Source: an uncultured Chloroflexia bacterium
Lineage (GTDB): Bacteria > Chloroflexota > Limnocylindria > Limnocylindrales > CSP1-4
Length of the DNA stretch: 64,000 bases
Assembly: GCA_963801745.1 (NCBI GenBank)
Contig: CAWDFY010000003.1
Location: forward strand, 78,151 to 142,150
Direction: 5' to 3'
The notes under the pieces were generated by a model. The model saw only the letters and a list, made by a program, of their open reading frames with translations. It did no database searches and was not told the origin of the DNA. Within the stretch, counting starts at the first letter, position 1. Every line of letters starts with the position of its first letter. This document shows positions 1 to 9,004 of the stretch, one piece after another. The position numbers and the translations under genes were made by a program.

Positions 1-314
1 GCGTCGCCGGTCCCGCGCGGCTCGTCCTGGAGGGCGAAGTCGGCGCGCTCGGTGAACGGCGCGCGGATGGCCTCGACCTTCGGCGAGTACACGACGACCG
101 GACGCGACGGGGCCGCAGCGTCGGAGGCGCCGTTCGCCTCGTCCCAGGCGTCGAGGACGTAGGCCAGCATCGGGCGACCACACAGCGGGTGGAGCACCTT
201 CGGCAGCGACGATTTCATGCGCGTGCCGAGGCCGGCTGCCAACACGACGGTGGTGGTGCGGCCGGTCGGGGTGCTCACGCTCGAGCCCGTGGGGTCGGGA
301 CTTGGGGGGTTCAT
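1..314 (-). CDS. glmU: GlmU (GlcNAc-1-P uridyltransferase / GlcN-1-P acetyltransferase), first ~104 codons only; gene runs off the left edge
   Basis: Hand translation from ATG 312-314: [57 protein letters not shown]...[10 protein letters not shown]. It has the LAAGxGTRM, LPKVLHP and GTG-x-A nucleotidyltransferase motifs. It is absent from the ORF track because the window edge truncates it. Confidence 0.7.
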   Translation of the reverse strand, partial: MNPPSPDPTGSSVSTPTGRTTTVVLAAGLGTRMKSSLPKVLHPLCGRPMLAYVLDAWDEANGASDAAAPSRPVVVYSPKVEAIRAPFTERADFALQDEPRGTGD

Positions 315-406
315 GCGCGGCGTCGGGTGTGCGCGGGGCGGCGGTCGCCCACGCTGCAGCCATGGCCCGACGGGCGGAAGGGTGGTGTCATCGCTTGGTC
401 CGCCGG

Positions 407-435
407 ATGGTATGGGCGCCTGTCTGGAGCGTCAA
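407..435 (-). promoter_or_regulatory. candidate sigma-70-type promoter upstream of glmU
   Basis: Minus strand reads TTGACG (430-435), 17 nt, TACCAT (407-412) in the 136-nt ridA-glmU spacer. This is a motif match by eye only. Confidence 0.3.
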
Positions 436-450
436 GCGCGTGCCGGCGCC

Positions 451-834
451 CTATGGCTTGCGTGCGACGGCCTCGATCTCGACCTTGAAGCCCTTCGGCA
501 GGGCCGCCACCTCGACGGTCGTGCGCGCCGGTGGCGGGTCGGGGAAGAACCGGGCGTAGACGCCGTTCATCGCGGCGAAATCGTCGATGTCGGCGAGGAA
601 CACCGTCGTCTTGACGACGTCGGCGAAGGTCGCCCCGGCGGCGTCGAGCACGGCCTCGAGGTTGCGCAGCGTTCGCTCGGTCTCCTCCTCGATCGTGCCC
701 TGGCGGACCTCCTGGGTCGCCGGGTCGATCGCGCCCTGTCCCGCACAGAAGATCAGGTCACCCACGACGATGGCCTGGCTGTACGGCCCGACGGCGGCCG
801 GGGCGTTGGTGGTCGAGATCGCCTGGCGGGTCAT
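451..834 (-). CDS. ridA: RidA/YjgF-family reactive-intermediate (enamine/imine) deaminase
   Basis: ORF 451..834, 127 aa. Family-typical APAAVGPYSQA...GQG..DP near the N-terminus. ATGA overlap with the ispE stop. Confidence 0.85.
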   Translation of the reverse strand: MTRQAISTTNAPAAVGPYSQAIVVGDLIFCAGQGAIDPATQEVRQGTIEEETERTLRNLEAVLDAAGATFADVVKTTVFLADIDDFAAMNGVYARFFPDPPPARTTVEVAALPKGFKVEIEAVARKP

Positions 835-1832
835 GTGGTCGCTCCCTCGGGCCGGCTCCGCGTCCGGATGGTCGTCGCGATGATGGATGGCGGACCGTCA
901 CCGATCGTGGGGATCCTGCCGTCCGCGACGGCCGCCTCGACGACGCCCACTGCGGCCTCGGCCTCCGCCAGCGAAGGATAGAGGGTCCACATCGTCGGGC
1001 CCGACCCGGACAGCCCGATCGGGTGCCCGAGGACCCGCGTGAGCGCGCGCCGCACGCCGACGAGGCCGGGGGCGACGAGGGCGGCCGCCGCCAGCAGGTC
1101 ATTCGCCGAGGCGAGGACGCCCGCCCGTGCGACGAGGTCGGTCGCCGACAGTCCGTTGCCGAGCTCCTGCGCGAGGTGGGCCGACGTCATCCGCACCGAA
1201 CCGTCGCCGCCGGTCCCGCCGTGGGCACCGTCGAACACCGCGAACACGTCGGGCGTGCGCACCGCCACCTTCGGGGTGACGAGCAGGATGCCGGGATGGC
1301 CGTGGACACCGGTGAGCGGCGTGATCCGCTCGCCACGCCCCTCGATCAGGGCCGGTTCGCCGGTGAGGAAGAACGGCACGTCCGACCCGATGTCTGCGGC
1401 CGCCCGGTGGCGGTCCTCGGGGTCGAGGTCGGCGCCCCACGCCTCGAGCGCGCCGTCGAACGCCGCCGCGCCGTCGGAGGACCCGCCGCCCAGCCCGGCC
1501 GCGACCGGGATCCGCTTGTCCAGCCGCGCCGCGAGCGACGGCGTCGGGGGCCGTCCCGGGCCCGCACCGACGGCGGCACGTGCGGCGCCGATGGCGCGGA
1601 GCACGAGGTTGTCCTCGATCGGGCCGGTGTCGAGCCCGGTCACGTGGAGCGTGTCGCCGCGCGCCGAGGCTCCGGACGGGGCGAGGGTCAGGACGTCATG
1701 GAGGTCGAGCGGCACGAACACCGAGTGGAGGTCGTGGAAGCCGTCATCGCGGCGCCCGACCACGGCCAGCGACAGGTTGAGCTTGGCCGGGGCCAGGCGG
1801 ACGACCGGCGTCCGGTGCGCCGCGTCGGTCAC
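831..1832 (-). CDS. ispE: 4-diphosphocytidyl-2-C-methyl-D-erythritol kinase
   Basis: C-terminal 333 aa of ORF 831..3176, starting at GTG 1830-1832 (GTGA overlap with the rsmA stop). APAKLNLSL N-terminus and GHMP-kinase loop PVAAGLGGGSSDGAA. Confidence 0.88.
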   Translation of the reverse strand: MTDAAHRTPVVRLAPAKLNLSLAVVGRRDDGFHDLHSVFVPLDLHDVLTLAPSGASARGDTLHVTGLDTGPIEDNLVLRAIGAARAAVGAGPGRPPTPSLAARLDKRIPVAAGLGGGSSDGAAAFDGALEAWGADLDPEDRHRAAADIGSDVPFFLTGEPALIEGRGERITPLTGVHGHPGILLVTPKVAVRTPDVFAVFDGAHGGTGGDGSVRMTSAHLAQELGNGLSATDLVARAGVLASANDLLAAAALVAPGLVGVRRALTRVLGHPIGLSGSGPTMWTLYPSLAEAEAAVGVVEAAVADGRIPTIGDGPPSIIATTIRTRSRPEGATT

Positions 1833-2725
1833 GTGGACGGCTCGTCGGAGCGACGCCCGCGGCGATCCCGACCGATCGGCCCGAGCGCCTCGCGCAATGC
1901 CAGCCACTCCCCGACGTCGAGGGTCTGCGGCCGGCGGTCGGGTGTGATGCCGGTCGCGGCCAGCGCGGCGTCGACCCGGCCCGCGTCGACCGGCAGCTGC
2001 CGCGCGAGCACGTTGTGGATCATCTTCCGCCGCTCGCGGAACGCGGCCTGGACCAGTCGCCAGAGCTCGTCCTCCGCATCGGGGCCGAGGCGATCGTCCT
2101 CGTCGAACGGCTCGACGACGATCACCGCCGACTCGACCGCCGGCTCCGGCTCGAACGCCTCGGGCGGGACGCGGAACGCGACGCGGACCCGCGCGTGGTA
2201 CTGCACGAACACCGAGAGGTAGCTCATCTTCCCGGGGGGCGCCGCGATCCGCTCCGCAACCTCGCGCTGGACCATCAGCACGAGCCGCCGGGGTCGCGGC
2301 GCCTCGCCGAGCAGCGCGTGCAGGATCGGCGACGTGATGTGGTAGGGCAGGTTGGCGACGACGTCGTATGGCGAGGCGACGAGCCGCACGAGGTCCTGGT
2401 CGAGCGCGTCGCCCTCGACGAGGGTCAGGCGCTCGGCATCCAGCTCCACGGCGAACCGATCGCGCAGGAACGCGGCCAGCCTCGCGTCCAGCTCGACGGC
2501 CGTGACGACCGCGCCGGCGCCGAGCAGGCCGCCGGTGAGCAGCCCCAGCCCCGGTCCGATCTCGAGGACTCGCGCGTCGGGATCCGGTGCGGCCTCGGCC
2601 AGGATGCCGGACAGCACGTCGGCGTCGGCGAGGAAGTTCTGCGACAGCGCGTGGCGGGCGCGCAGCCCGGCGGCCCGGAGCGTGGCACGGACGTCGGCCG
2701 GATCGATGATCGCCGGCTGGCGCAT
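1829..2725 (-). CDS. rsmA: 16S rRNA (adenine1518/1519-N6)-dimethyltransferase RsmA/KsgA
   Basis: ORF 1829..2725, 298 aa. QNFL, SAM-binding VLEIGPGLGLLT and NLPYHITS motifs. Confidence 0.9.
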   Translation of the reverse strand: MRQPAIIDPADVRATLRAAGLRARHALSQNFLADADVLSGILAEAAPDPDARVLEIGPGLGLLTGGLLGAGAVVTAVELDARLAAFLRDRFAVELDAERLTLVEGDALDQDLVRLVASPYDVVANLPYHITSPILHALLGEAPRPRRLVLMVQREVAERIAAPPGKMSYLSVFVQYHARVRVAFRVPPEAFEPEPAVESAVIVVEPFDEDDRLGPDAEDELWRLVQAAFRERRKMIHNVLARQLPVDAGRVDAALAATGITPDRRPQTLDVGEWLALREALGPIGRDRRGRRSDEPST

Positions 2726-2734
2726 CGTCGCGGC

Positions 2735-3808
2735 CTAGCGTCGAGCGAGCGGCAGCGACGGACGGGCGTCGAGGTCGAGCGCCGCCCGCTCTCCGGCCGC
2801 GAACCGTCGAGCGCCGGCCGCGCCGATCATCGCGCCGTTGTCGGTGCACAGCCCCGGCCGGGGGACGATGAGCGGGATGCCGAGCTCGTCCGCCTCGCCC
2901 GCCAGCCGCTCGCGCAGGCAGCTGTTCGCGGCCACACCCCCGCCCAGCACGATCGTGCGGGCACCGGTCTCGCGTGCCGCCCGGCCGGTCTTGCTCACGA
3001 GCACGTCGACGACCGAGTCCTGGAAGCCCCACGCCAGCTCCGCGGTCGCGGCGGCCGACAGCGGCGCCTCCGCGTCGTCCGCGGCGATGCCCTCCGCGGC
3101 GCGGGCATCGGCGACGATGCGCCGGGCGGCGGTCTTGAGCCCGGAGAAGCTGAAGTCGTACGTGTCGCCCATCCACGCCCGCGGGAACCGCACGTCATGG
3201 CGCACGGCACCCTCGGCCGCCTTCTGGATGGCCGGACCACCCGGGTAGCCGAGACCGAGCAGGCGGCCGACCTTGTCGAACGCCTCGCCGGCGGCGTCGT
3301 CGACGGTCGTGCCGAGCAGTCGATACGTCAGGTGGTCGGTCATCTCGGCGAGGAACGTGTGGCCGCCCGACACGATGAGCGTGACGAGGGGGAAGACGGG
3401 CTCGGGCCGGGCGGCCTCGTCCTCGCCCGGGTCGACCAGCCACCCGGCGTAGACGTGGCCCTCGAGGTGGTTGACCGCGACGAGCGGCACGTCGTGCACC
3501 CAGGCCAGCGCCTTGGCGAAGTTGATGCCGACCAGCAGGGACCCCGCGAGGCCGGGGCCGTACGTCACGGCGACGCCATCGATGTCGGACCACTCGACCC
3601 CCGCGCCGTCCCACGCCTCGTCGAGGGTCGGGACGATCCAGCGCAGGTGGGCCCGGGCGGCGACCTCCGGGACGATCCCGCCCGACGGGGCGTGCAGTGC
3701 GACCTGCGACGCGACGACGTTGCTGACGATCCGCCGCCCACCCTCGACCAGGGCGATCCCGGTCTCGTCACACGACGACTCGATCGACAGCAGCAGCGGG
3801 CCGCTCAC
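2735..3808 (-). CDS. tsaD: tRNA N6-adenosine threonylcarbamoyltransferase TsaD
   Basis: C-terminal 357 aa of ORF 2735..5089, from GTG 3806-3808 (GTGA overlap with the rimI stop). SIESSCDETG, NHLEGH and GGGVAANS motifs. Confidence 0.92.
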   Translation of the reverse strand: MSGPLLLSIESSCDETGIALVEGGRRIVSNVVASQVALHAPSGGIVPEVAARAHLRWIVPTLDEAWDGAGVEWSDIDGVAVTYGPGLAGSLLVGINFAKALAWVHDVPLVAVNHLEGHVYAGWLVDPGEDEAARPEPVFPLVTLIVSGGHTFLAEMTDHLTYRLLGTTVDDAAGEAFDKVGRLLGLGYPGGPAIQKAAEGAVRHDVRFPRAWMGDTYDFSFSGLKTAARRIVADARAAEGIAADDAEAPLSAAATAELAWGFQDSVVDVLVSKTGRAARETGARTIVLGGGVAANSCLRERLAGEADELGIPLIVPRPGLCTDNGAMIGAAGARRFAAGERAALDLDARPSLPLARR

Positions 3809-4339
3809 GGCTTGTCCTCGGGCAGGTCCGGCTCGGTCGGCGCCGGCGACGCATCCAGCTCGGCGCGGAGCCGCTCGATGCGCTCGCGCATCGCCGGCTC
3901 GTCGAGCGGCGTCGTGGTCATGATCAGCGCATCCTCGTGGTCGTCGCTGTAGTAGCGCGGCCGGAGACCGACGGGTCGGAACCCGTACTTCTCGTACAGC
4001 TTGCGCGCCGGCAGGTTCGAGAGCCGGACCTCGAGCGTCGCCTCGCGCGCGTCGCGATCCACCGCCAGGTCGAGGAACGCGAGCAGCAGGCGCTCGCCGA
4101 TGCGTCGCCGGCGCCAGTCGGGGTGCACGGCAAAGGTCGTGAGGTGGGCCTCGTCGACCATCAGCCACATCCCGCCGTACGCGGTCACAGTGTCGCCGGC
4201 TCGGGCGACGAGGTACTGCGCCAGGCGGTTCGATCTCGAGCTCGCTGCGGTAGGCATGCGGCGGCCACGGGGCGGTGAAGCTCACCCGCTCGATGGCGTG
4301 GACGGCCGGCAGGTCCTCGAGCCGCATCGGCCCGATCAC
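3805..4339 (-). pseudogene. rimI: ribosomal-protein-alanine N-acetyltransferase RimI, reading frame broken once (near 4234)
   Basis: The N-terminus (V)IGPMRLEDLPAVHAIERVSFTAPWPPHAYRSELE lies in the frame of ORF 2735..5089. The rest, SNRLAQYLVARAGDTVTAYGGMWLMVDEAHLTTFAVHPDWRRRRIGERLL..., lies in ORF 3805..4257. Span is 535 nt (3n+1). The start is either GTG 4337-4339 or ATG 4325-4327. Confidence 0.8.
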
Positions 4340-4344
4340 GAGCC

Positions 4345-5022
4345 TTACCGGTGGTCGCGCGACCATGCCACGGTCCCGTCGGCCGCCCGGACCCCGCGCG
4401 GCAACGTCACGTACTCGGGGACGAGCGTCTCGAGCTCGCTCGTCGCCAGCGTTCCGAGCCGCGCTGCGCCGAGCCGGATGAGCTCCTGCCCGAGCCGCCG
4501 CCGGGCGGCCTCGCCGCGCTCGAGCGCGTCGCCCGGCGCCCGTCCCTCGAGATCGAGTGCGACGAGCGTCTCGCCATCGGCCAGCTCCGGATCGACGCCC
4601 GCCGGCAGCGGCGACGGCGCGCCGCCGGCGCGGACGACCAGCCGGTCCGACGGGCCGGCCGGCAGCAGCAGCACGCCGCGCTCGACGTCCGCCGCCGCCA
4701 GCAGCGCCTCCGCGGTGGACACGCCGACGAGCGGGATGCCGAGACCGTGGGCGATGCCCTTGGCGGTCGCCATCCCGACCCGCAGCCCGGTGAACGCGCC
4801 CGGACCCGTGCCGACGACGATGCCGGTGAGTCGCGAGCGTCGGATGTTCCCCTCGCCCAGGATCCGGCCGATCGCGGGCAGCAGCGTCTCGCCGTGCCGG
4901 TGGCCCGCGGCCCAGGTCGACGCGCCGTCGGCCACGCCGTCGGGCGACCCCGTCGCGATGACGACCTGCGTCGTCGAGGTGTCGATGGCGAGGATCGCCG
5001 GTCGCCGGCCGTCGCGGCTCAT
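4345..5022 (-). CDS. tsaB: tRNA threonylcarbamoyladenosine biosynthesis protein TsaB
   Basis: ORF 4345..5157 trimmed to ATG 5020-5022 (ATGA overlap with the tsaE stop). ILAIDTST ... VGTGPGAFTGLRVG. Confidence 0.88.
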   Translation of the reverse strand: MSRDGRRPAILAIDTSTTQVVIATGSPDGVADGASTWAAGHRHGETLLPAIGRILGEGNIRRSRLTGIVVGTGPGAFTGLRVGMATAKGIAHGLGIPLVGVSTAEALLAAADVERGVLLLPAGPSDRLVVRAGGAPSPLPAGVDPELADGETLVALDLEGRAPGDALERGEAARRRLGQELIRLGAARLGTLATSELETLVPEYVTLPRGVRAADGTVAWSRDHR

Positions 5023-5492
5023 CGGGCGGCCTCGAGATAGTGGCGGTAGCGCTCGGTCCAGGCCACCAGCGTGATCGCCCGCTGGGCATCGCCGGTCCCG
5101 TCGATGCGGATGTCGAGTCGGTCGATCGGCAACGCGTCGCCGAGCCGCTCCGGCCACTCGACGAGCGTGACGCCGGTCGACTGGCGCTCGTCGATGAGAC
5201 CGCCGGCCAGGGCGTCCTCGGCGCTGGCCAGGCGATACGGGTCGATGTGGAACAGGGGCAGGCGACCCTCGTACTCAGCCATGAGGATGAAGCTCGGCGA
5301 AGTGATCGTGTCGCTCACCCCGAGCCCGGTGCCGAAGGCCTTGGCGAGGTGCGTCTTGCCAGCGCCCAGGTCGCCCCACAGGCAGACGAGGTCGCCGGCG
5401 GCGGCCACCTCGCCGAGCCGCCGACCGAGCGCGGTGGTGGCGGCCGGGTCCGGGCAGACGAGGTCGAGCCGGTCGGCGGTCGGGGTCGCCAT
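5019..5492 (-). CDS. tsaE: tRNA threonylcarbamoyladenosine biosynthesis ATPase TsaE
   Basis: C-terminal 157 aa of ORF 5019..6656, from ATG 5490-5492. Walker A GDLGAGKT, SPSF motif, and placement directly before tsaB. Confidence 0.88.
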   Translation of the reverse strand: MATPTADRLDLVCPDPAATTALGRRLGEVAAAGDLVCLWGDLGAGKTHLAKAFGTGLGVSDTITSPSFILMAEYEGRLPLFHIDPYRLASAEDALAGGLIDERQSTGVTLVEWPERLGDALPIDRLDIRIDGTGDAQRAITLVAWTERYRHYLEAAR

Positions 5493-5497
5493 CGGGC

Positions 5498-6505
5498 TCA
5501 CGCGAACCGCTCGAGGTCGCCGAGCGGGACCGCGACCAGCGAGCCGTCCTCGAAGCGGACCGTGCCGGCCTCGAGGTGGACACCGCCGCTGAACCGCCGC
5601 GGTCCGACGAGTCCCGTCCAGGTGCCCTCGTGGCCCGACAGCTGGCCGGCCCGGACGCGGACGTGGTCCACTGGCGGGACGGGCAGCTCGAGGTCGGGGA
5701 TGTCGAAGATCAGCGTCGGCGGATCGGCCACCACGGCGACGTCGTGGCCCTCCAGCGCCTCGAGGATGTCCATCACCGGGCTCGCCAGGGGTCGCCGGAT
5801 GGCTCCCTCGAGGACGAGCACGGCGAACGGGGGCAGCCGGTGGAGGGCCGCCCGCTGGCGCAGCTCGGAGGCGAGGAAGTCGCGCCGCTCCTTGCTCGCC
5901 AGCCCGGCCACGATGATGCCGCGGACTCCCATCGCCCGGGCCCGGGTCAGGGTCTCCGCGTCGATGCGGGATCCGACGACGAGGATGCTCCCGGCAAGCC
6001 CGACGTCGACCGCCCCGCTGCGCAGCTCGCCCTCCACCCACGACGCGACGTGCAGACGGCCGCGGGTCGGCCCGCCCAGCGCGACGATGCCACCGAGCGC
6101 GCGTCCGGTCGCACGGATGACGATGCCGCTGCCGGGTCGGACCTCGCGGACGATGCCCGCGAACGGGCTCTCGACCGGTTCGGTGACCTCGCCGCCGGCC
6201 ACGCGCCAGCGGCCGCGCCATTCGAACAGCAGCTCGCCCTCGGCGACGCGGCCCCCGGGCACGGGTGTCGCCGAGCCCGGCACGACGACGTCGGTCAGCC
6301 GCCCGTCGCGGACACGCTCGACGATCGGTGCCCCGGGCACGACCGATTCGCCCGGCGCTACCAGGGCCCGATCGCCCGGCGCCAGCGGGATCGTGGCATC
6401 GACCGGGCCGTGGGCCAGCCGCCGGACACGGATCAGCCCGATGTCGGCGACCGGTAGGGCGGCCTCGGCTGCGGGGACGTGCCCGTTGCCCTCGGGACCG
6501 CTCAC
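5498..6505 (-). CDS. hypothetical protein, 335 aa; beta-rich N-terminal half, central GIIVAGL segment, C-terminal KOW/SH3-like stretch (domain guesses only)
   Basis: C-terminal part of ORF 5498..7222, from GTG 6503-6505 (GTGA overlap with the upstream stop). It ends 5 nt before the tsaE start. I recognise no family. Confidence 0.6.
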   Translation of the reverse strand: MSGPEGNGHVPAAEAALPVADIGLIRVRRLAHGPVDATIPLAPGDRALVAPGESVVPGAPIVERVRDGRLTDVVVPGSATPVPGGRVAEGELLFEWRGRWRVAGGEVTEPVESPFAGIVREVRPGSGIVIRATGRALGGIVALGGPTRGRLHVASWVEGELRSGAVDVGLAGSILVVGSRIDAETLTRARAMGVRGIIVAGLASKERRDFLASELRQRAALHRLPPFAVLVLEGAIRRPLASPVMDILEALEGHDVAVVADPPTLIFDIPDLELPVPPVDHVRVRAGQLSGHEGTWTGLVGPRRFSGGVHLEAGTVRFEDGSLVAVPLGDLERFA

Positions 6506-8124
6506 GGATCGGCTCCCGCCCACAGCGACGTCTGCCAGGCCGACAGGAGGTCGCGCCGCCGGTCGGCGCGGTCGGGCAGCCGCAGCGGGATGTCGCGCAG
6601 GTCGACCATGAGCCCGGCGAGCCCGCCGGAGACGTCGATCGCGAAGTGGCGGCCACGTGCGCCCAGGCGCACGCGATCGCGGAACTTGAACTCGGCCACC
6701 GCGGTCGAGCCCGGCGGCAGGTCGACCAGCTCGAGGCCGCCCGGCACGAGGTCGAGCTCGCTCGTCTCGTCGCCGGCGTGGACGACCACGGTGCCGGCCG
6801 ACTTGCCCGCTCGCAGGCCCGCCGGCGTCACGACGCTGCCGAGCGGCGCGAGCAGGTCGTCGACGAGGTCCGTGAACAGGACCTTGCGCTCCTCGTCGTC
6901 CGGGATGGCCCCGAGCGCCGCAAGCAGCCGGGCGTGGTCCAGCGCGTAGTGGCTGGCGCCCGGCCGGCGCAGGACGTCGACGTGGGCCAGCGCCGCAGCC
7001 GGCGCCGGGACCGTCACCCAGACCCCGCTCGCCACGACCACGAGATCCGCCACGGGGCCGTGGTCGAAGTGGGTCGTGGCCGCCGCCAGCCGCACGAGGG
7101 CGGCCCGCGCCGCGGCCATCCGGAGCGCGGCACCCTCGCCGGCCGCGTCCGCCCACGGCGCGATGCGCAGCTCGCGCATCCGGTCGCGCACGCGGTGCCG
7201 GTCGGCCGGGAACGTGGACCACACGAGGATGCCGTCGATCACCGCGTCATCCGGCTCGTCCGGAGCGACCGCGGCGTCCGGCACGACGGCCAGCCGGGAC
7301 GCCGAAGCGCCGCCGCCGGAGCCCGGGCTTGCCACCGCGCGTGCCGCCGCGTCGTGGCCCAGCACGATGGCCTCGATGCGCCGGTCGAGGACCTCGGCGA
7401 GCGTGCGCGTCCCGGCGCCGAGCGCTCGCCGCGGGTCATCGGCCGGCAGGGCCAGCTCGAGCAGCAGGTCGGCGAGCGGATCGGGGGCCTCGAGATCGGC
7501 CGATGGCGTCATGACGAACGCCGCCGGCGCGAGCATGACCGGACCGGGTCGGGCTGCGACGTCGCCGAAGACGTCGAGCGCCTCGGACATGGCGCCGGAC
7601 AGGACGATCGGCACGTCCGGCCGGCGCGTCGCGACCGCCGCCACGAGCGTCCCCAGCTCCCGGATGCCGCCGCGCTCGTCGGCTCGCGGCGGATCGCTCG
7701 CGCCGACGACGATGGCCTCGATGGTCGGATCGAGCAGCAGCCGCGTCATCGCCAGCGGGTCGGTCGTCTCCGTGCTCGCCCCCGTCGTCCGCCAGCCGCT
7801 CCGCCCGCCGGTCGCGACGAGGCCGGTCAGCGTCCGCTCGGATCCGGCGACGACGGCCAGGCGCCGGGGTCGACGGCTGCGCACCTCCAACCGTGGCAGG
7901 GCGTCGCCGTCGAGGCCGGCGACGCCGAGCGCCGCGATCAGCTCGGGGTCGGCGCGGTTCGCCCGGGCGACCAGCAGGTCGACGGCCGGGTCGAGGTCGG
8001 CGCCGGCCGGGACGGCGAGGCTGCCGATGAGCCGCCACGAGCCGCCGGCACGGCCGATCAGCGCGACCGAGACCGTCGCGGAGCCGTGGTCGATCGTGAG
8101 GAAGGCGTGCGGCTGCGTCGTCAC
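6502..8124 (-). CDS. hypothetical 540-aa protein with an ASKHA (actin/sugar-kinase-like) N-terminus resembling the GlmL/MutL family
   Basis: ORF 6502..8124 with a GTG start. The N-terminal FLTIDHGSATVSVALIG resembles the phosphate-1 motif of GlmL/MutL-type proteins. The remainder is Ala/Asp/Leu-rich with no motif I can name. Confidence 0.55.
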   Translation of the reverse strand: MTTQPHAFLTIDHGSATVSVALIGRAGGSWRLIGSLAVPAGADLDPAVDLLVARANRADPELIAALGVAGLDGDALPRLEVRSRRPRRLAVVAGSERTLTGLVATGGRSGWRTTGASTETTDPLAMTRLLLDPTIEAIVVGASDPPRADERGGIRELGTLVAAVATRRPDVPIVLSGAMSEALDVFGDVAARPGPVMLAPAAFVMTPSADLEAPDPLADLLLELALPADDPRRALGAGTRTLAEVLDRRIEAIVLGHDAAARAVASPGSGGGASASRLAVVPDAAVAPDEPDDAVIDGILVWSTFPADRHRVRDRMRELRIAPWADAAGEGAALRMAAARAALVRLAAATTHFDHGPVADLVVVASGVWVTVPAPAAALAHVDVLRRPGASHYALDHARLLAALGAIPDDEERKVLFTDLVDDLLAPLGSVVTPAGLRAGKSAGTVVVHAGDETSELDLVPGGLELVDLPPGSTAVAEFKFRDRVRLGARGRHFAIDVSGGLAGLMVDLRDIPLRLPDRADRRRDLLSAWQTSLWAGADP

Positions 8125-8183
8125 CGCCAGATGCTACCCGGACTCGTGCGGGGCGACCGACCGTCGGTCAGCGCGGTCGGCGC

Positions 8184-8474
8184 TCAGCCGTCCCAGACCA
8201 GCTCGTCGTCGAGCTCCTCGAGCCGGGCGATCAGCAGCTCGATCCCGGCATCGTCGGCGAGGATCTCGCTCGCCGAGGCGAGGTCGCCGCCGAACACGCC
8301 GCGCAGGACCGGGTCGAAGAACAGCATCGCGTTCGCGCCGAGCGCCCGGTACGGGCGGCTCGCCTCGAGGAAGTGGACCGCCGACGACGTCAGGCCACGG
8401 AGCTGGATCTCACGGGCGACCTGTTCGACGAGCTCGGTGCGCTGTTCCTCGTTCGGCTCGATCGGGAAGCTCAC
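8184..8474 (-). CDS. hypothetical small acidic protein, 96 aa
   Basis: ORF 8184..8474. The GTG start overlaps the macro-domain gene stop (GTGA). No recognisable family. Confidence 0.55.
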   Translation of the reverse strand: MSFPIEPNEEQRTELVEQVAREIQLRGLTSSAVHFLEASRPYRALGANAMLFFDPVLRGVFGGDLASASEILADDAGIELLIARLEELDDELVWDG

Positions 8475-9004
8475 GCGACGGTGCCGGCCGAGGTCGCCCC
8501 CGTCGTCGCCGAGATGGCGACCTCGAACGCCTCGTACGCGGCCGCCCCGCGCAACGCGAACGTGACGTGCTCGATGCCCGGTGAGTGGCGCAGCTCGTCG
8601 CGGACCGTCTCGACCGTGACGCGCGCGGACTCCTCGAGCGGGAAGCCGCCGACGCCGGTGCCGAGCGCGGGGAACGCGACGCTCCGGGCGCCGATCTCGC
8701 GCGCCCGCGCCATCGCGCTGCGCACGGCCGCCTCGATCACCGGGCCGCTCGTGCGCCGCTCACGATCGAGCGAGACGGCGTGGATGACGGCGTCGGCCGC
8801 AAGGGTGCCGCTGACTGTGACGATCGAGTCGCCGAGCGGCACCGGCGCCTGGCGCACGGCCGCGAACTCGATCGCGTCGCCGCCCGCTCGCTTGATCGCG
8901 CCGGACACGCCGGTCGACATCCACAGCGAGACGTTGGCGGGGTTGACGATCGCATCGACCTCGAGGTCGCAGATATCGCCGTTCCAGAGCTCGATCCGTG
9001 CCAA
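8471..9004 (-). CDS. macro-domain protein (ADP-ribose binding / O-acetyl-ADP-ribose deacetylase-like)
   Basis: ORF 8471..9004, 177 aa. GDICDLEVDAIVNPAN and FPALGTGVGGFP macro-domain motifs. The TTG start abuts the alr stop and is preceded by GGAGAGGG. Confidence 0.8.
   Translation of the reverse strand: MARIELWNGDICDLEVDAIVNPANVSLWMSTGVSGAIKRAGGDAIEFAAVRQAPVPLGDSIVTVSGTLAADAVIHAVSLDRERRTSGPVIEAAVRSAMARAREIGARSVAFPALGTGVGGFPLEESARVTVETVRDELRHSPGIEHVTFALRGAAAYEAFEVAISATTGATSAGTVA

Noticed and set aside
2735-5089. Giant minus-strand ORFs in the track (2735..5089 784 aa; 831..3176 781 aa; 11965..14709 914 aa; 5019..6656; 5498..7222; 9005..10693) that might look like large multidomain proteins.
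   Set aside because: Only the C-terminal part of each is a real gene (tsaD, ispE, glmS, tsaE, the 335-aa hypothetical, alr). The N-terminal parts are out-of-frame read-through of the upstream gene with Arg/Pro/Gly junk sequence. Each real gene has a start that overlaps or abuts the upstream stop.
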